DNA of 64,000 bases, taken from positions 496,001-560,000 of the forward strand of contig QPGO01000002.1 in the NCBI GenBank assembly GCA_008632985.1. Reading direction: 5' to 3'. Source of the stretch: Psammoneis japonica. Taxonomy: Eukaryota. How positions within the stretch are numbered: position 1 is the stretch's first letter; each line of letters begins with the position of its first letter. The translations under genes were made by a program, and so were the position numbers. The notes under the pieces were generated by a model. It worked only from the letters and a program-made list of their open reading frames with translations. It had not been told where the DNA came from and ran no database searches. This document shows, in pieces, positions 62,366-64,000 of the stretch.

Positions 62366-64000
62366 TGTGACATCGTGCCACTGTTTCTAAGATTGTTGTG
62401 AAGATTGTCAAATCATCAAGACAGTCATTGTGACCCGCCGCTACAAAGACTTACGTCTTCAGTGCAAACGTCACTCGGGAAACTAGGAGAGCAGACGAAG
62501 AGCGTCTCCTCTCCTCACAATTTTCTCTTTAGCAGCTGTAACACTGGCACCTAGAATCGCCCCATGTCCATTGTGATGTCAACATGCTCTGTCTGTTGTC
62601 CATTCTCTGGATGTCACAACACGCTTCCTCTGCGCTAAAGAAGAAAATCATGTCGGACGTTTCAAGTGCATCATCGTCCTCAACGTCCGATGAGGACATT
62701 CCGTTCGCCCTTGCTCCAGCTCAAGCTGTTACGGGAGCAGTTGACTTTCGCAAGAGTGCTGGACGAAAGCTGTTCGAAAATGGCTCGGAAGCATCAAGTG
62801 GAGATGCACTCGACTGCACTCCAGGCGAACTCTTTTTCAGTTCCTCAAGAGTGTTGAAACCAGGGCCAGCCTGCTCGGATGGAATGACCCGACGACAGGC
62901 ATTCTTGTGATACCTGAAGACCCTGAAGATCCGGACACGACGCACTCAAACTTGCTCACTGACTGTGGTGAGATCAGCATGGAACGCATCAAGAGACACG
63001 AGGAGTCGCACATCAGGAATCCATGCCGTGCAGCTCAAGATGCTGCCATGCTCGGACACTGTCTGACCAACTCAATCTCCAAGGCTGGGAAGGACAAGGC
63101 ATGCATCCACGATGCATCCCACAAGATCGGAGACAAGATCTCTGGATGTTTGCTCCTCAAGGTCATCATTCAAGAGTCGCACCTAGACATGAATGCAACC
63201 ACGAGCACGATCCGCACGAAACTCGCTGAGCTTGACCAATGCTTGCCGACGATCGGTCACGACATCACGAAGTTCAATCAGTGCGTGGCTCTCCTTCTCG
63301 CTGTGCTAAGGTCTCGTGGCGAAACCACAGAGGATCTCCTGACGAATTTGTTCAAAGGACACCTCGCTGCTTCGGATGAGAACTTTGCCAAGTGCATTGG
63401 CAACAAGCAAGAGGAACACGAGGACGGCAAGGACATCATGCCAAATCACCTCATGACGCTTGTGGACAACAAGTGCAAGAATTTGGTTCAGAAGAAGAAG
63501 TGGAGTGCGCCTGGCAAGGAAGAAGAGAAGACACTTGCTCTGGAAGCCAAAGTCGAAGGCATTGAGAAAAGAGCCAAGAAGCACGAATCTGCTGAGAACA
63601 CCAGAAAGGACGACAAGCGTGGGAAAGGAAAGGATGGTGACAAGCGAAACATGCCCAAATGGATGAAGGACAACTTGCGCCCAACCAAGGATGTGATCTC
63701 CAAGCCTGGGCACTGGAACGGTGTAAAACACTGCCACTGCCACAAGGACGTCGGAGGGAAATGCCCTGGAAAGTGGCGCAAGCACACTCCGGAGAATTGT
63801 TCACATGATCCGGATAAGAACAAGAAGAGAGCGGCCAATGGCAAGAGCGGAAACGAACGGGAGAAGAAGTTCTGCCGCAAACAAGACAGCAAACGACGTC
63901 TCAAGCTTACGAAGGCATACGAGGCAGTGGTCGACAAGGAGCCATCGGACGACGAATCCGAATGACTCCTAGAGCACGGCCACAGTTGCAACTGCTGTGA
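62366..64000 (+). mobile_element. 5' part of a Ty1/copia-like (CoDi-type) LTR retrotransposon, continuing beyond the window
   Basis: Candidate LTR 62366-62543 (TGTGACA...TGTAACA) followed by a PBS-like cTGGCACC, then gag. The second LTR is not visible. Confidence 0.65.
62650..63965 (+). pseudogene. CoDi-type gag, frameshift at the T-run near 62835
   Basis: FALAPAQA, DCTPGELF|QFL..RA..LGW, CLTNSIS, LLLKVII, DITKFNQ, NLFKG and the zinc-knuckle-like CH...GGKC.GKWRKH.PENC. Confidence 0.75.

Noticed and set aside
52374..63965. Alternative genetic code (Cys/His codons read as Tyr)
   Set aside because: Neighbouring host genes use TAY for conserved Tyr and have normal Cys/His motifs; the effect is confined to repeats.
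1..64000. A gene encoding the TpA mutator itself; tRNA or rRNA genes
   Set aside because: No deaminase motif (HxE...PCxxC) or DNA methyltransferase was recognised in any credible gene, and no structural RNA gene was seen.

Overview
Eukaryotic DNA, most likely from a pennate diatom (inferred from short GT-AG introns, bipartite plastid-type N-termini, a CoDi-type copia gag and a class C GPCR remnant). Positions 1-42.5 kb hold about 13 ordinary genes: lipoxygenase, DUF6263-like secreted protein, P3A H+-ATPase, 2OG-Fe(II) oxygenase, multicopper oxidase, UbiA prenyltransferase, WS/DGAT, alpha/beta hydrolase, Mpv17, STE20 kinase, a TauD/CAS-like-AKR fusion, a Gfo/Idh/MocA oxidoreductase and a CXXC-NUMOD1-PHD chromatin protein. 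Blocks of decayed repeat lie between them. From 42.9 kb to the end is repeat and pseudogene territory, with a complete tyrosine-recombinase retrotransposon with split direct repeats (48560-57724) and the start of a copia element. The main signal is that every repeat block has lost almost all TpA dinucleotides while neighbouring genes keep them. The retrotransposon's own duplicated repeats differ almost only as TA/TG, TA/CA or TG/CA, and TE proteins show systematic Tyr->Cys/His changes. This points to a repeat-targeted A-to-G hypermutation at TpA on both strands, RIP-like in outcome but chemically different. An alternative is an unknown TpA base modification mis-called by the sequencer. All counts were made by eye.
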